In this document: in pieces, positions 14,274-27,347 of the stretch | Numbering within the stretch: the first letter of the stretch is position 1 | Layout: the number at the start of each line of letters is the position of its first letter | Assembly: GCA_963835065.1 (NCBI GenBank) | Contig: CAWIEK010000039.1 | Span: 1-64,000 of the forward strand | Direction: 5' to 3' | Length of the DNA stretch: 64,000 nucleotides | DNA from: an uncultured Chthonomonadaceae bacterium | GTDB lineage: Bacteria; Armatimonadota; Chthonomonadetes; Chthonomonadales; Chthonomonadaceae | The notes under the pieces: model-generated | The model's input: only the letters and a program-made list of their open reading frames with translations | Told to the model about the DNA's origin: nothing | The model's database searches: none | Position numbers and translations under genes: made by a program

Positions 14274-14944
14274 TCAACCGCTGCATGACCGTAGGGCAAT
14301 GGTACGAAATTCCCAACCTGCTGCGCAACGGCGTCCTTGCCGATTTGCTGCAAGAGCGCCCGCAACTGCAAACCCTGGTGCTGCACAACATTGATACATT
14401 GGGCGCGAACGTGGACGCGGGTTTGTTGGGCGCATTCATGCAGCAAAACGCCACGCTTGCGGTTGAAGTGATGCCGCGCCGATTGGAAGACCGGGGCGGC
14501 GGGCTGGCGCGGGTAGACGGCAAATTGCGGCTCGTGGAAGGCTTGGCGATGCCCCGCGAGGAAGCCGAATTCGCCCTGTCCTACTACAACTCCCTGACAA
14601 GCTGGATTGACATTGACGGCCTGCTGGCTACGTTCGGCCTGACCCGTGAAACCCTGCGCGACGAAGCCACAGTAACGGCGGGAATACGCGCCCTCGCGTC
14701 CCGTATGCCTACCTATGTCACGCTGAAAGATGTAAAAAAGCGGTGGGGGCATGGGCACGAGGACGTGTTCCCGGTCACGCAATTTGAAAAGCTGTGGGGC
14801 GACATGACCGCCCTGCCCGACCTGCAAACGCGCTTCCTCGCCGTTTCGCGTCTGCGCGGGCAGCAGTTAAAAGAGCAGGCGCAACTCGACGGCTGGCTCC
14901 GTGACGGCAGCGCTTCCCACATCGAGTCCCTCTGTTACTGGTGA
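14274..14944 (+). pseudogene. tandem diverged copy of the 3' ~670 bp of the preceding gene (open 219-aa frame)
   Basis: Near-identical to 13592-14259, with mostly third-position differences. Confidence 0.8.
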
Positions 14945-14977
14945 AGCAGACAGACTAGCAACTTTATCTTAGCGAGC

Positions 14978-15011
14978 AGCCTGTATCCTTATGCTAAGGG
15001 TACAGGCTTTT
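14978..15011 (+). terminator. intrinsic terminator
   Basis: agcctgtatcctta-tgc-taagggtacaggct followed by T run. Confidence 0.7.
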
Positions 15012-15080
15012 ATACTCAGGGCAGTAGATATCTAAAATTGCCGTGTACATGGTATACTTACCACATGGAGGTTAGATATT

Positions 15081-15524
15081 ATGAACGCCTACTCGCGCTT
15101 GAAACACATTCTCCGGCAACAGCAATTGTCTATCCCGGAACTGCATCGCCGCCTTCGGAATCATGGGTTTCAGGTCAAAGTCAAAAGTCTTTACCGCCTC
15201 AACGACGACAATCAGCCGGTGGAACGTCTGGATATCCGCGTTGCAGGCGCAATCTGCCAGGTTTGTACTGTTCCCCTTTCTGAATGGATCATTTTCGAGG
15301 AAGAAATTACGCGGCTTCATACGCTGGCAGAAAACAAGCAAACTCGGTTGGATACGTTGATGGACAAAAACAATGAAGGTCAGTTGACGGAAACAGAGCG
15401 AACGGAACTACAGTTGTTAGTACGCGAAGCCGAAGAAATTATGCTTGCTAATGCGCGCCTGCTTGTCGCGCAACGCAATCAATTGGCTTCCTCGCAACTG
15501 AAAGCCGTTGGCAATGCCACGTAA
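15081..15524 (+). CDS. HTH-containing putative antitoxin/regulator
   Basis: Cro/C1-like N-terminus (LSIPELHRRL..KSLYRL..ICQVCTVPLSEWI); helical C-terminus LDTLMDKNNEGQLTETERTEL; overlaps the HNH gene. Confidence 0.65.
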   Translation: MNAYSRLKHILRQQQLSIPELHRRLRNHGFQVKVKSLYRLNDDNQPVERLDIRVAGAICQVCTVPLSEWIIFEEEITRLHTLAENKQTRLDTLMDKNNEGQLTETERTELQLLVREAEEIMLANARLLVAQRNQLASSQLKAVGNAT

Positions 15525-15927
15525 ATCGCTGCGCGCCCGAATAGAGGAACGCGCTCAGGAACGCTGCGAGTATTGCCATGCGCCTCAAATGCTTTGTGGC
15601 TATCGCTTTCATCTGGAACACATTATTCCCATTGCCGCAGGAGGTTCCGACGAAGATGCAAACCGCGCCCTCGCCTGTGCCACTTGTAATCTCACAAAAT
15701 CGGACCATCTTGTTTATCAAGATACCTTGACAGGAGAGGAAACGCCGCTGTTTCACCCGCGCCTTCATGTTTGGACTGACCATTTTGCCTGGGAAGAAAA
15801 TCAGCAAACACTGGTCGGGCGAACGGCCATTGGGCGCGTCACTGTGACGGCACTGAATATGAATAGTGACTTACAACGGTCTGCAAGGCTGGTGTGGTTC
15901 GCCATTGGCTGGCTGCCTAAAACGTAG
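15514..15927 (+). CDS. HNH endonuclease
   Basis: RCEYC..HLEHIIP..GGSD..NRALACATCNLTK, LFHPR..W..HF. Confidence 0.9.
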   Translation: MPRKSLRARIEERAQERCEYCHAPQMLCGYRFHLEHIIPIAAGGSDEDANRALACATCNLTKSDHLVYQDTLTGEETPLFHPRLHVWTDHFAWEENQQTLVGRTAIGRVTVTALNMNSDLQRSARLVWFAIGWLPKT

Positions 15928-16290
15928 TGTGCCTGGCAACAGCGACAGAGTTGACAACGAATAAGGATGAAAACATCGCTGTCCGAGCTTTTCAACTATT
16001 GGAAAGCCCGGACAGTAACACAGATGCAGAGCATCAGGCCATCGTCTACAAAGAAAGGAAGAGACATTCTTCGCAGTCAGGTTCTACTTGCGAGACAGCC
16101 TTACCGCGTCTCTTTGCGCCATTTTGTCAGATAGGGACGCGAGTTTGGCTTCGAGCGTGGCAATTCGCTTGATCTCGCTTTGCAGCATTGGTGGCTTGTT
16201 GCTCTACGGCCTTCTCCAGAACCAAAATACTGTTGTATAATGCGAACGAAAACGGTCATCGCACACACAATGGAGGCGATCTTCACGCTA

Positions 16291-17329
16291 CTACCAGCGG
16301 AACCAGGTATCTTTGCCGTTGCTGTAGTACCGGATGACGGAAGGTGTAGAAGCGTTGAGATTCAGTTGATTGGCATCTAAGCTGTAGGCGGGCAGGGTAT
16401 CCGCTGGCTGCGGCTTTATAGTAATCTGATTCCTGATGCTCGTGTAATCGTACTTTTCTACGGAAAATACGATAACTGCCCCGTCATCGAAAGCTGTTGG
16501 CTTTGGGAAGCATTATCGTGCCCCCATCCTGACCTGTCACTCCAATGAGATTGAAGCCGGGCGGGACAGTGACTATTGAGGAAGCTCCCACAAACAGCGT
16601 TGTGTGCTTAAACTTCGAGATTCCGTCGGCACCATCTTTGCCATTTGTGCCATTCGTTCCCGGGTCACCTTTGTCTCCCTTGTCCCCCTTCGGGCCTTTG
16701 GGCACTGGCTGCCAAGTTCCATTGCCGTTTGCATCAGAAACGATAGCGTATCCTGCTTGGGGTGATGTAGACAGGTTAAATCCCTGCATGCGGACTGCGC
16801 CCAGAAAGTCCCCGGCAAGGCCATTTTTACTGAAGGCCGATATTCCAGGTCCCCAAACGCTTCTGCCGTAAACGCCCGCTCCACTACTGGAGTTGTCCCC
16901 GTAAACGCCTGCTGCGCGCGACCCACCGAATCCATGAACGCCGTCGTTTTGGTCACTTTCTCCGTAAATGCCGTATCCCCCTGAGCTTGAACCCGCAACA
17001 CCCGCGTATCCATGGGCGCTGATTCCAACTAGTCCAGTGCCAGTGCCACTCGTCGAGGCTACCAGAGCGGAGTTGGTATTGGCGGGATTGAGAATTTGGA
17101 AGGTACTAACGCGCCCCAGTCCCAGTTGCTCAATCCAGAAGGCTGGCGTGTCATTGGAGGTGCTGACGCTCCCATGAAATGGCAACGCGGAAATCGGCGA
17201 CTGGCTGTGCGCTGGCTGCTTCGATGCCACAGCCAAGCCGAGCAAAGACAAACCGACGCCGAGCGAGGCCATGCCTGGCTTTGGCAAGGCGCGAAGGCGC
17301 GAAGAGCGAGAGAGATTAACAGGACGCAT
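16291..17329 (-). CDS. secreted Gly-rich/collagen-like protein, frameshift near 16490
   Basis: Signal peptide; GVYG repeats; PKGPKGDKGDKGDPGTNGTNGKDGADG; shifted frame continues FDDGAVIVF...YYSNGKDTWFRW to a stop at 16291. Confidence 0.7.
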
Positions 17330-17649
17330 GGTTGATTTCCTTTCTGACGGAAGAACAGAGGGATTGCCTCAGTATTCTGTGGAAGCAGCGATAACATGAA
17401 AGCTGTCTCGCTAAGAAGCTACATTCAACAGGACAACGCGGATTATGTCTTTGTGAATGGTGATGAGTATAGGATAGAGTATCTACTGCAAACCTGCCAC
17501 TGCGAAAACGTTAAATTTTTCCTGCAAAACAAGGATTTGCGCAACGAAACACGAACATGTTGCTGACGAACCGTTATTTGCGCAAAAGCAACGTCACGGA
17601 AATGAATTTCTAGACAGCAAAAGGTACAACGGCATAGAGGCGATTAGAC

Positions 17650-19471
17650 ATGACAATTCCTGTTCACTCCAAACTCTGCGTCTCTGTTTTTGGAGAAGGC
17701 GATTTAACCCTGAATGGTAAATCCCTGATTGCGAGTTCAAGGTCTGCCAAATGGCTGTTGACGTACCTTGTTCTGCGCCACGATCAAACCATCCCCTATG
17801 AGGAGATGGAACATGATCTTTGGGGAAAGCCCGCACAACGGGGATGTGGATAGCGCAATAGCGATGTCTCCGCAGCTCTGCCGGGCTTCTTTCCAGAGGG
17901 AGAGATCGCAAAATGGAGCGGGCTGGATTTGAGCGGGAAAGAGACCGAACCGCAGCGTGTCGCAGCGTGTCGCTGTAAAGGGTTATACGCCGAAGAACTC
18001 CGTCAGGGAACGGCTGTGGAAAAGCCGAATTGCGTTCGTCTGCGTCTCATCACGCGGGACGGCAAGGAAATGATTCGTTTGTGCAATCCAACGAAAAGTT
18101 CTTTGTGCTTGCACTTGTCACCGGAAGCCGACGTTGACCTCTGGGATTTTGACGCCAACTATAATTCTGAAGATCGTGCTGTGTTGATGCGACTGGAATC
18201 ATTGTGCCGCCCTGATACTTTGCTGCAAGGTTGTGAGACAAAATGGGCTGAACAACAACGTGAAATTTACCGCGCAAAGTATGAGTCGTTAAGGAAGCGA
18301 TTGTTTGAAGTCGGCTCTGCTCCGCCGTCTTTGCTTGAAGAACCCGGATCGAATTCGACATCTGCACAAACAGTGGCTTCAGAACCTCTTGAGTCGAATT
18401 TTACGTCGCTTCTACCCACAGTGAAATTAGGCAGTGTGCCTCCTCTTCCTCCGTTGATATTGGGGCGTGAAGACGCCCTGCTTGAACTCAAACAACGCTT
18501 GCTGGTCAGGAAAAAAGACGCCTCGACGTCCACGTTGCCGGAAATAACGCAAACGCTGACCGTTATGCGCGGATGGCCTGGTGTCGGAAAAACCACGCTG
18601 TCGAAGGCTCTGGCGCATGACGCTGACATTCATGCGGCTTTCCCGGACGGCATTTTATGGACTTCGCTTGGTACGGAGCCAAACCTGCTCTTCCTGCTTA
18701 CAGCCTGGGGAAACCAATTACAGTCTGATGCGCTTCGCCATTGCGCAGATGTCAAGGACGCATCTGAGGCGTTAAATCACCATTTTGTGGAACAAGCGAA
18801 TGCTCCTCATTGTGGATGATGTTTGGCAGCAGGAACACGCGCAGGCGTTTTTGGTTGGCGGCATTGGCTGCGCCATTCTGTTCACCACCCGTGAAAGCCA
18901 CATTGCCCGCCAACTTGCCCCGCGTGCCGAGGACGTTTATGTTCTCCCCGAACTGAGTGATGAAGCCGCCCTACAGCTCCTTCAGATTTTGGCTCCTATC
19001 GTTGTATCCCGGAACATAGATGCCTGTCGCGAACTTTGCCGCGCGTTAGAAGGCTTGCCACTGGCGCTGCAAGTCGCAGGCCGCCTGCTGAACGAGGAAG
19101 AAGATTTGGGATTTGATGTGGCGACTCTACTTGCCACCTTGCGTGAAGGCGCAAGGATGCTGGAAGCGACCGTGCCGGCAGACCGCGCCGATTTTCGCCT
19201 CGGAACCACGCCGACAGTAGCTGCTCTGCTCAAGAAAAGCACGGATAGACTGGATGCGCAGACCCGTGAATACTTTGCCGCTTTGGGGCCGTTTGCTCCC
19301 AAACCAGCCACCTTTGATCTTCCCGCGCTAAAATTTGTATGGGAGATAAATGACCCCCAACCTGTTATCAGAACCCTTGTCGGACGCGGACTGCTGGAGG
19401 CTTTGGGAGAAGGGCGGTTTCAGATGCATGCCCTGTTAGTTGCACATGCAAACTCTCTGCTGAAGGAGTAA
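17650..19471 (+). CDS. SARP-like wHTH/BTAD plus NB-ARC (STAND) ATPase, several frameshifts
   Basis: KWLLTYLVLRH..LWG; Walker A GWPGVGKTT; Walker B LLIVDDVW; ILFTTR; GLPLAL; FQMHALL. Confidence 0.8.
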
Positions 19472-19477
19472 CCGTCT

Positions 19478-20674
19478 ATGCTGACGCGCCATGAAGCCTA
19501 TTTGCGCCATGTGCGCTATTATCTAAGCCTGGCTGAGGAAGCCGAACTGCATCTGACCGGCGCTGATCAGAACCTATGGCTGGAAACGCTGGAAACTGCC
19601 TATGAGAACCTGTGTGCTGCGCTGCGGTGGTCATTGAACAATCAGACCGACATTGGCCTTCGTCTCAGCAGCGCGTTATGGCGATTCTGGGAGATCCGAG
19701 GTTATTCCAGTGAAGGTCGCCAGTTTTTAATGCAGGCACTGGAATCAGTTGATCCGCAAGTATACTGCCCACAGCGAATGAGAGCGCTGACCGGAGCAGG
19801 GAATCTAGCATTTAGTCAAAATGATTATGCGGCAGCGCACACCTTGCATGAACAGAGTCTCACGCTTGCCCGCCGACATGGAAGTAAGCTGGATGTGGGA
19901 ACCTCGTTGACCAATTTAGGCTTGGTCGCCTGGCATCAGGGAAACTACATCCGCGCCCAAACATTGTTTGAAGAAGGGCTTAAAATAGATCGTAAATTCA
20001 AAAACCGTGTAGGAGAATGCAAATCTCTGCTCAACCTGGGGCTTCTTGCTGTTGAGCAAAGCAATTATTCCACAGGCCGTGTTTACTACAAGAAAGCGTT
20101 GATATTGAGCCGTAAACTAGGCGACTTGCAAAGTACGGCGCGCATCCTGAACGGGTTAGGAAATATATACATTGGCGAAGGCGATCAGGAGGGAGACACA
20201 GAAAGAAAACAACAGTTGTATGCAGATGCAGAGACCAAGTATCAGGGAGTTTGAAATCAAGCGCAGGTTGAAAAATGAAGCAGGCATTGCTACCTCGTTG
20301 CTGAATCTGGCGATTGTGGCATGTCGCTGCCACGACTATGAGCAGGCCAGAACGTACCTCGCAGAAATTTAACGTCACGGCAAAATTTAGGGGATAAACG
20401 GGGCATTGCGGAGGCGCTCGAAGAATTCGCCGGATTGGCCGCCGCGCTGCATCAGGGGGAGCGGGCGGCCTGTCTGTTCGGAGCCGCCGAGGTTCTGCGC
20501 GAGAAAACTGGTTCTCCTATTTCACCGGACGACCTTGCGGAGTACGACAAAAGCGTTGCTCTGTCGCGTGAAGCATTGGGCAACGAAGCGTTCGCAGCCA
20601 CCTGGAACACAGGCCGCTCTATGGCGCTGAATGAGGCCATAAAGTACGCATTAACCACGGAGACTGAAAGATAA
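19478..20674 (+). CDS. TPR-repeat protein (STAND sensor-like), frameshifts near 20250 and 20365
   Basis: LWRFWEIRGYSSEGR, repeated SLxNLGxxA TPRs, ERAACLFGAAEVLRE C-terminus; own AAGGAG RBS. Confidence 0.8.
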
Positions 20675-20710
20675 AGTGCCGATGGGCATGCTGGAAGAGG
20701 AGATTGTCAC

Positions 20711-20900
20711 ATGGATAAACTCGTACGCTACCGAAGCCTCCTGAAACAGTTCTTACAGGAACGCGCCGGCCTGATGAACAGCCATCCCATTGACGGCATA
20801 GACACTCTCTGCCTGTTCGATGAGGCGAGAGATGAGTACTTAATTTACAACGTTGGCTGGCAGCACCGAAACCGCGTTCGCTATGTTACTCTGCTGACAG
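20711..20900 (+). pseudogene. truncated XisI-family protein
   Basis: MDKL..YR..L..FDEARDEYLIYNVGWQHRNRVRY matches the XisI N-terminal half; similarity stops at a hairpin; no xisH nearby. Confidence 0.65.
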
Positions 20901-20906
20901 ACCAAC

Positions 20907-20942
20907 AAAGCCGCCGCAAATTCTTGTATTTGCGGCGGCTTT
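20907..20942. terminator. bidirectional terminator-like hairpin
   Basis: aaagccgccgcaaat-loop-atttgcggcggcttt. Confidence 0.7.
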
Positions 20943-21116
20943 ATCTGTCTTGCCAGCCTTTGGGAAGAGGGGCGTGAACTCAAAATGAGAATTTGATGAG
21001 AATTTTGTAACAGCCGCGCACTTTTTCCTGCTTTCTCCCTTATGTCCATTGACCGCATATCCAGAAAACCGCTACAATAATTAACGCGCGCAAAGAAATG
21101 GATAAAGGAATTATTA

Positions 21117-21169
21117 GGCATAAGATATAAGATATAAGATACACACCGAACACCGAATACCGAACACCC
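21117..21169. repeat. chimeric heptamer element (GATATAA)n + (CCGAAYA)3 upstream of tkt
   Basis: Two non-complementary unit types abutting. Confidence 0.8.
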
Positions 21170-21191
21170 TAACCTGTCAGGAGGACACGCG

Positions 21192-23283
21192 ATGACGACT
21201 ATGGAACGACCGGCGGAACTGCCCGCCACGACGCAGGCGACCGAACAGCTTTGCATCAATACCATTCGCACCCTGTCTATGGACGCCGTGCAGCAGGCCA
21301 ATTCCGGCCATCCCGGAACCGCGATGGCGATGGCCCCGGTCATGTACGAACTGTGGCAGAAGCACCTGCGCTTTGACCCCGAAGACCCCATCTGGCCCAA
21401 CCGCGACCGCTTTATCCTGTCCATCGGCCACGCTTCCATGCTGCTGTACTCCCTGCTGCACCTGACGGAAGTGAAATCCGTCAACGCCAAGTACGAGCAA
21501 GTTGGGACGCCCTCCGTCTCGCTCGACGACATTAAGCGGTTCCGGCAGTTGGACAGCAAATGTCCGGGACACCCGGAGTACCGCTGGACTTCGGGCGTGG
21601 AATCCACGACCGGCCCGCTCGGACAGGGCGTGGCGACAAGCGTGGGCATGGCGATTGCGGGGCAGTGGATGGCCGAACAATTCAACAAGCCAGACTACAC
21701 GATGTTCGATTACAACGTGTACGCGCTGTGCGGCGACGGCTGTATGCAGGAAGGCATTTCGGGCGAAGCGGCATCCCTGGCGGGGCATCTCAAACTGCCC
21801 AACCTGTGCTGGATTTACGACAACAACCACATCAGCATCGAAGGCAACACGTCCCTGTCGTTCAGCGAGGACGTGGGAACCCGGTTTCAGGGCTACGGCT
21901 GGAACGTCGTCCGCGTCAGTGACGCCAACAACCTGGAGCGACTGGATGCGGCGCTGACCACGTTCAAGGCCACGCAGGACCGGCCCACGCTGATTATCGT
22001 GGACAGCCACATCGCGTATGGCTCCCCCAACAAGCAGGACACGAGCGCGGCGCACGGCGAACCGTTGGGCGATGAAGAGATTCGGCTGACCAAAAAGAAT
22101 TATGGCTGGCCGGAAGACGCCAAGTTTTTGGTTCCTGACGAAGTGCGGGCGGAATTCAAAGCGGGCATCGGGGCGCGGGGCAAGCAATTGCGCGACGGCT
22201 GGATGGCGAAGTTCGACCAGTACAGCGCGGCCTATCCCGAACTGGCCGACGAACTGTACAAAATGCAGCACCGCGAATTGCCCACCGACTGGAACAAGGA
22301 TTTGCCGACGTTCCCTGCCGATCCCGAAAGGCGTGGCGGGACGCGACAGTTCCAGCAAAGTCCTGAACGCGCTGGCAAAAAACGTGCCCTGGCTGATTGG
22401 CGGCTCCGCCGACCTTGCCCCGTCCACCAAAACCCGCCTGACATTCGACGGCGCGGGCGACTTTTCCGCTACCGAACGGAGCGGGCGCAACATGCACTTC
22501 GGCATCCGCGAACACGCGATGGGCGCAATTTTGAACGGCATGTCGCTGTGCAAAGTCCGTCCGTATGGCTCCGGCTTTTTGATTTTCAGCGATTACGCCC
22601 GCCCCGCCATTCGTCTGAGCGCCCTCATGGAACTGCCGACCATCCACATCTTCACGCACGATTCGATTGGCGTGGGCGAGGACGGCCCGACCCATCAGCC
22701 GATTGAGCAACTCGCCAGCCTGCGTTCCGTTCCCGGCCTGATTACCCTGCGCCCCGGTGACGCCAATGAGGTTGTCGAGTCGTGGAAGGTGATTATGCAA
22801 TTACGGCATCAGCCAACCGTACTGGTGCTGAGTCGGCAGGCGTGTCCCACATTGGACAGAACCGTATACGCGGCGGCGGACGGCGTGGCAAAGGGCGCGT
22901 ACATCCTTGCCGATACCAACCCCGGCGAATTGCCCGACGTGCTGCTGATGGCAAGCGGCAGCGAAGTGGGACTGGCGGTAGCGGCCTTCGAGCAGTTGAA
23001 AGCGGAGGGTGTGAAAGCCCGCGTCGTCAGTATGCCCTCGTGGGAATTGTTCGAGGATCAGGAAGACAGCTACCGCGAGGCCGTGCTGCCGCCAAGTGTG
23101 AGCGCGCGCATTTCCATTGAGCAGGCCGGCACGTTCGGTTGGGAGCGCTATGTCGGGCGGGGCGGCAAGGCCATCGGCATGAAATCTTTCGGCGCGTCCG
23201 CCCCGTTGAAGGAACTGCAAAAGAAGTTCGGCTTCACCGTCGAGCAAGTCGTGCAGACTGCCAAAGACCTGCTTGCCAAGTAG
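21192..23283 (+). CDS. tkt: transketolase, +1 frameshift near 22324
   Basis: ANSGHPG, NRDRFILS.GH, TTGPLGQG, GDGCMQEG, HFGIREHAMG, THDSIGVGEDGPTHQP. Confidence 0.96.
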
Positions 23284-23289
23284 GTCTTA

Positions 23290-23337
23290 CCTCACCCCGG
23301 CCCCTCTCCTTGCCGCGCAACGCGCTAGGAGAGGGGA
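23290..23337. repeat. REP-like element CCTCACCCC..CCCCTCTCC..GGAGAGGGG
   Basis: Hairpin after the tkt stop; a related copy lies at 32648-32720. Confidence 0.75.
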
Positions 23338-23486
23338 GACTATTGATTATTGCCTCTCCTTGTCGCGCAAGTCAAATGAGCGCGTTGTAGCGAACCAGAC
23401 GCGCTACATTACGCTACGGGAGGAATTTCCAATGAACTTTAAAGAAGAAGTAGGCGATGTTTGCAAGGTTGGTATCGGAGGCACGA

Positions 23487-24149
23487 ATGATGCGCTTGGA
23501 GGAAGCGACGCGAATAGATTTTGAAGAAGTGTTGTCGTCTCCAACGCGCGCTTACGAGGAGGGATTGCGCTTTTTTGAAGGCAAAGGAATGTTGAACGAC
23601 ACCTTGAAACGCTTGGTTGCGGATTTGGAAGCGCGGGGCATTGATTACAACATCATTGGTGGCCTGGCGCTGAATCAGCACGGCTATCAGCGTTTCACGC
23701 ACGACATTGATTTGCTCATGTCTCCCGAAGGACTGGAGAAATTCCGCAACGAACTGGTAGGGCGGGGATATCGCCCTGCTTTCGGCGGCGCGCAGAAAAC
23801 TTTTCGGGCAACCGAGAGAAACGTTCCGATTGAAGTCATCACCGCAGGCGAGTATCCGGGCGACGGCAAGCCCAAGCCGATCCAGTTTCCCGACCCAAGC
23901 GAATATTACACCGTTATTGACGGCGTGAAAACAGTGACGCTGCCAAAACTAATAGAACTGAAACTGGCTTCGGGAATCAGTTCTCCCGGACGCCTGAAAA
24001 ACCTTGCCGACGTGCAGGAGTTGATACGCATCAAGCAGTTAGACGCGGCAATGGCAGAGCAGATTGATCCCTCCGTGCGCGACAAGTATCTGGAACTTTA
24101 CGCAGGCCTGGCACAAAGCCGCGCACAGGAGCAGGATCGGGAACGTTGA
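23487..24149 (+). CDS. nucleotidyltransferase-family protein
   Basis: IIGGLALNQHGYQRFTHDIDLL (GG..DxD); GGAGG RBS. Confidence 0.8.
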   Translation: MMRLEEATRIDFEEVLSSPTRAYEEGLRFFEGKGMLNDTLKRLVADLEARGIDYNIIGGLALNQHGYQRFTHDIDLLMSPEGLEKFRNELVGRGYRPAFGGAQKTFRATERNVPIEVITAGEYPGDGKPKPIQFPDPSEYYTVIDGVKTVTLPKLIELKLASGISSPGRLKNLADVQELIRIKQLDAAMAEQIDPSVRDKYLELYAGLAQSRAQEQDRER

Positions 24150-24192
24150 ACGTCCTTAACATTATACTAACGGCGCGTGAAAAGTTCATATT

Positions 24193-24216
24193 GTAGGGGC
24201 TTGATTCATCAAGCCC
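24193..24216. repeat. GTAG-type REP palindrome
   Basis: GTAG GGGCTTGAT TC ATCAAGCCC. Confidence 0.65.
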
Positions 24217-24287
24217 GCTTGCGTGAATATCGAACTTCTGATGCGCCGTTAGTATATAATGGTCACTGCGCATGATGCAGACGGGTC

Positions 24288-24319
24288 ATTCGCGTGTATT
24301 TGCGTTTATTCGCGGCTAA
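24288..24319 (-). repeat. decamer repeat TTAGCCGCGAAT(RAACGCRAAT)n
   Basis: Follows the oxidoreductase stop; inverted copy at 26660-26681. Confidence 0.7.
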
Positions 24320-24326
24320 ATTCGCA

Positions 24327-24974
24327 TCAATAAGCAACGGTGAAGCGCTGGCGGATGTGCTGCGGGTTTTCCGCTTCATCCAAAAGCGCGACGGCGTAAT
24401 CTTCCGCTGAAATGCGGCTGTTGCCTTCCGCGTCAGTCAGCAGTTGGTCGCCTCCCAACCGGAATTTGCCGGTGCGCTCGCCGGGTTCGATGAAGGCAGC
24501 GGGGCTGAGATAGCTGTAATCCAGGTCGCCGCCTTCCGCCTTGTATACGTTGAGCGCGTCACGGTGCGCGAGGACAAGCGGCATCCATTCTTTGGGCAGT
24601 TTGTCCGTATCCAATAGCTGAACGCCCGGCGCGACTTCCAGCGTGCCCGCGCCGCCGACAATCACCAACTTTTTCACGCCTGCCTGCTTCAGTCCGACAA
24701 TCAGGGAATGGGCGGCTGTCACCAGTGTTTGCGGATCGCCACTTCCCGGCCCATACGCGGTAATCACCACATCCTGTCCCGCCGCCAATTGCGCGACATT
24801 TTGCGGATCGAGAATGTCGCCGGTCACGGTTTTCAGCGTAGAGTTCTGCGCCGTCACGCCGGACGGATCGCGCGCAACCGCTATAACGTCATGCCCGCGC
24901 TGCAATGCTTCCCGCAAAATCCGCTGTCCGATCATCCCCGTCGCGCCATACAAAGTGATTTTCATTGCTGTCAT
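24327..24974 (-). CDS. NAD(P)-dependent oxidoreductase (NADH-flavin reductase-like)
   Basis: GATGMIG, VGGAGTL, GERTGKFRLG, ISAEDYAVALLDE. Confidence 0.9.
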   Translation of the reverse strand: MTAMKITLYGATGMIGQRILREALQRGHDVIAVARDPSGVTAQNSTLKTVTGDILDPQNVAQLAAGQDVVITAYGPGSGDPQTLVTAAHSLIVGLKQAGVKKLVIVGGAGTLEVAPGVQLLDTDKLPKEWMPLVLAHRDALNVYKAEGGDLDYSYLSPAAFIEPGERTGKFRLGGDQLLTDAEGNSRISAEDYAVALLDEAENPQHIRQRFTVAY

Positions 24975-25016
24975 CCTTTCAACACGGCTCGGTTGTCAAT
25001 ACTTGCATCGTAATTG

Positions 25017-25121
25017 TTCACCACCAAGACGCCAAGAACACCAAGAAGAACGAGAACGTTCCGGTTCTGCGCCTTTTTAGTTGCCTGTTTTTCTTGGTGT
25101 TCTTGGCGTCTTGGTGGTGAA
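25017..25121. repeat. perfect 31-bp inverted repeat built of CCAAGA-containing 8-9-mers
   Basis: ttcaccaccaagacgccaagaacaccaagaa / ttcttggtgttcttggcgtcttggtggtgaa. Confidence 0.9.
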
Positions 25122-25328
25122 GAGTTGTCCTACGTCTATACTACGCCTGTGACGAGCAAATGGTACGGCAAAGAGGGAAAAGCAGTTTGACCGGGCTTGA
25201 AGACAAAATGGGCGCGTTGGAAAAGGTATACTGAAGATGTGAGCGTTGGCCGCGCCTATTGTTTAGGCTTTTCGCGCGGGTTGCATCCTTCTGGAAAGGC
25301 TTTTGTTTTGACCTTCTTGTTTGCGGGT

Positions 25329-26648
<1,320 letters not shown>

Positions 26649-26659
26649 TGTCGGGAAGG

Positions 26660-26681
26660 TTAGCCGCGAATGAACGCGAAT
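26660..26681 (+). repeat. decamer repeat, second copy
   Basis: ttagccgcgaatgaacgcgaat after the MFS stop. Confidence 0.7.
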
Positions 26682-26732
26682 TGCCAATCCGCAACGGGAT
26701 AAATGATTCAGGAAAGGGTTTGGAGTAAAGAA

Positions 26733-27339
<607 letters not shown>

Positions 27340-27347
<8 letters not shown>

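Noticed and set aside
14945..21000. Prophage or integrative element
   Set aside because: No integrase, transposase, att repeats or phage structural genes; treated only as an accessory patch.
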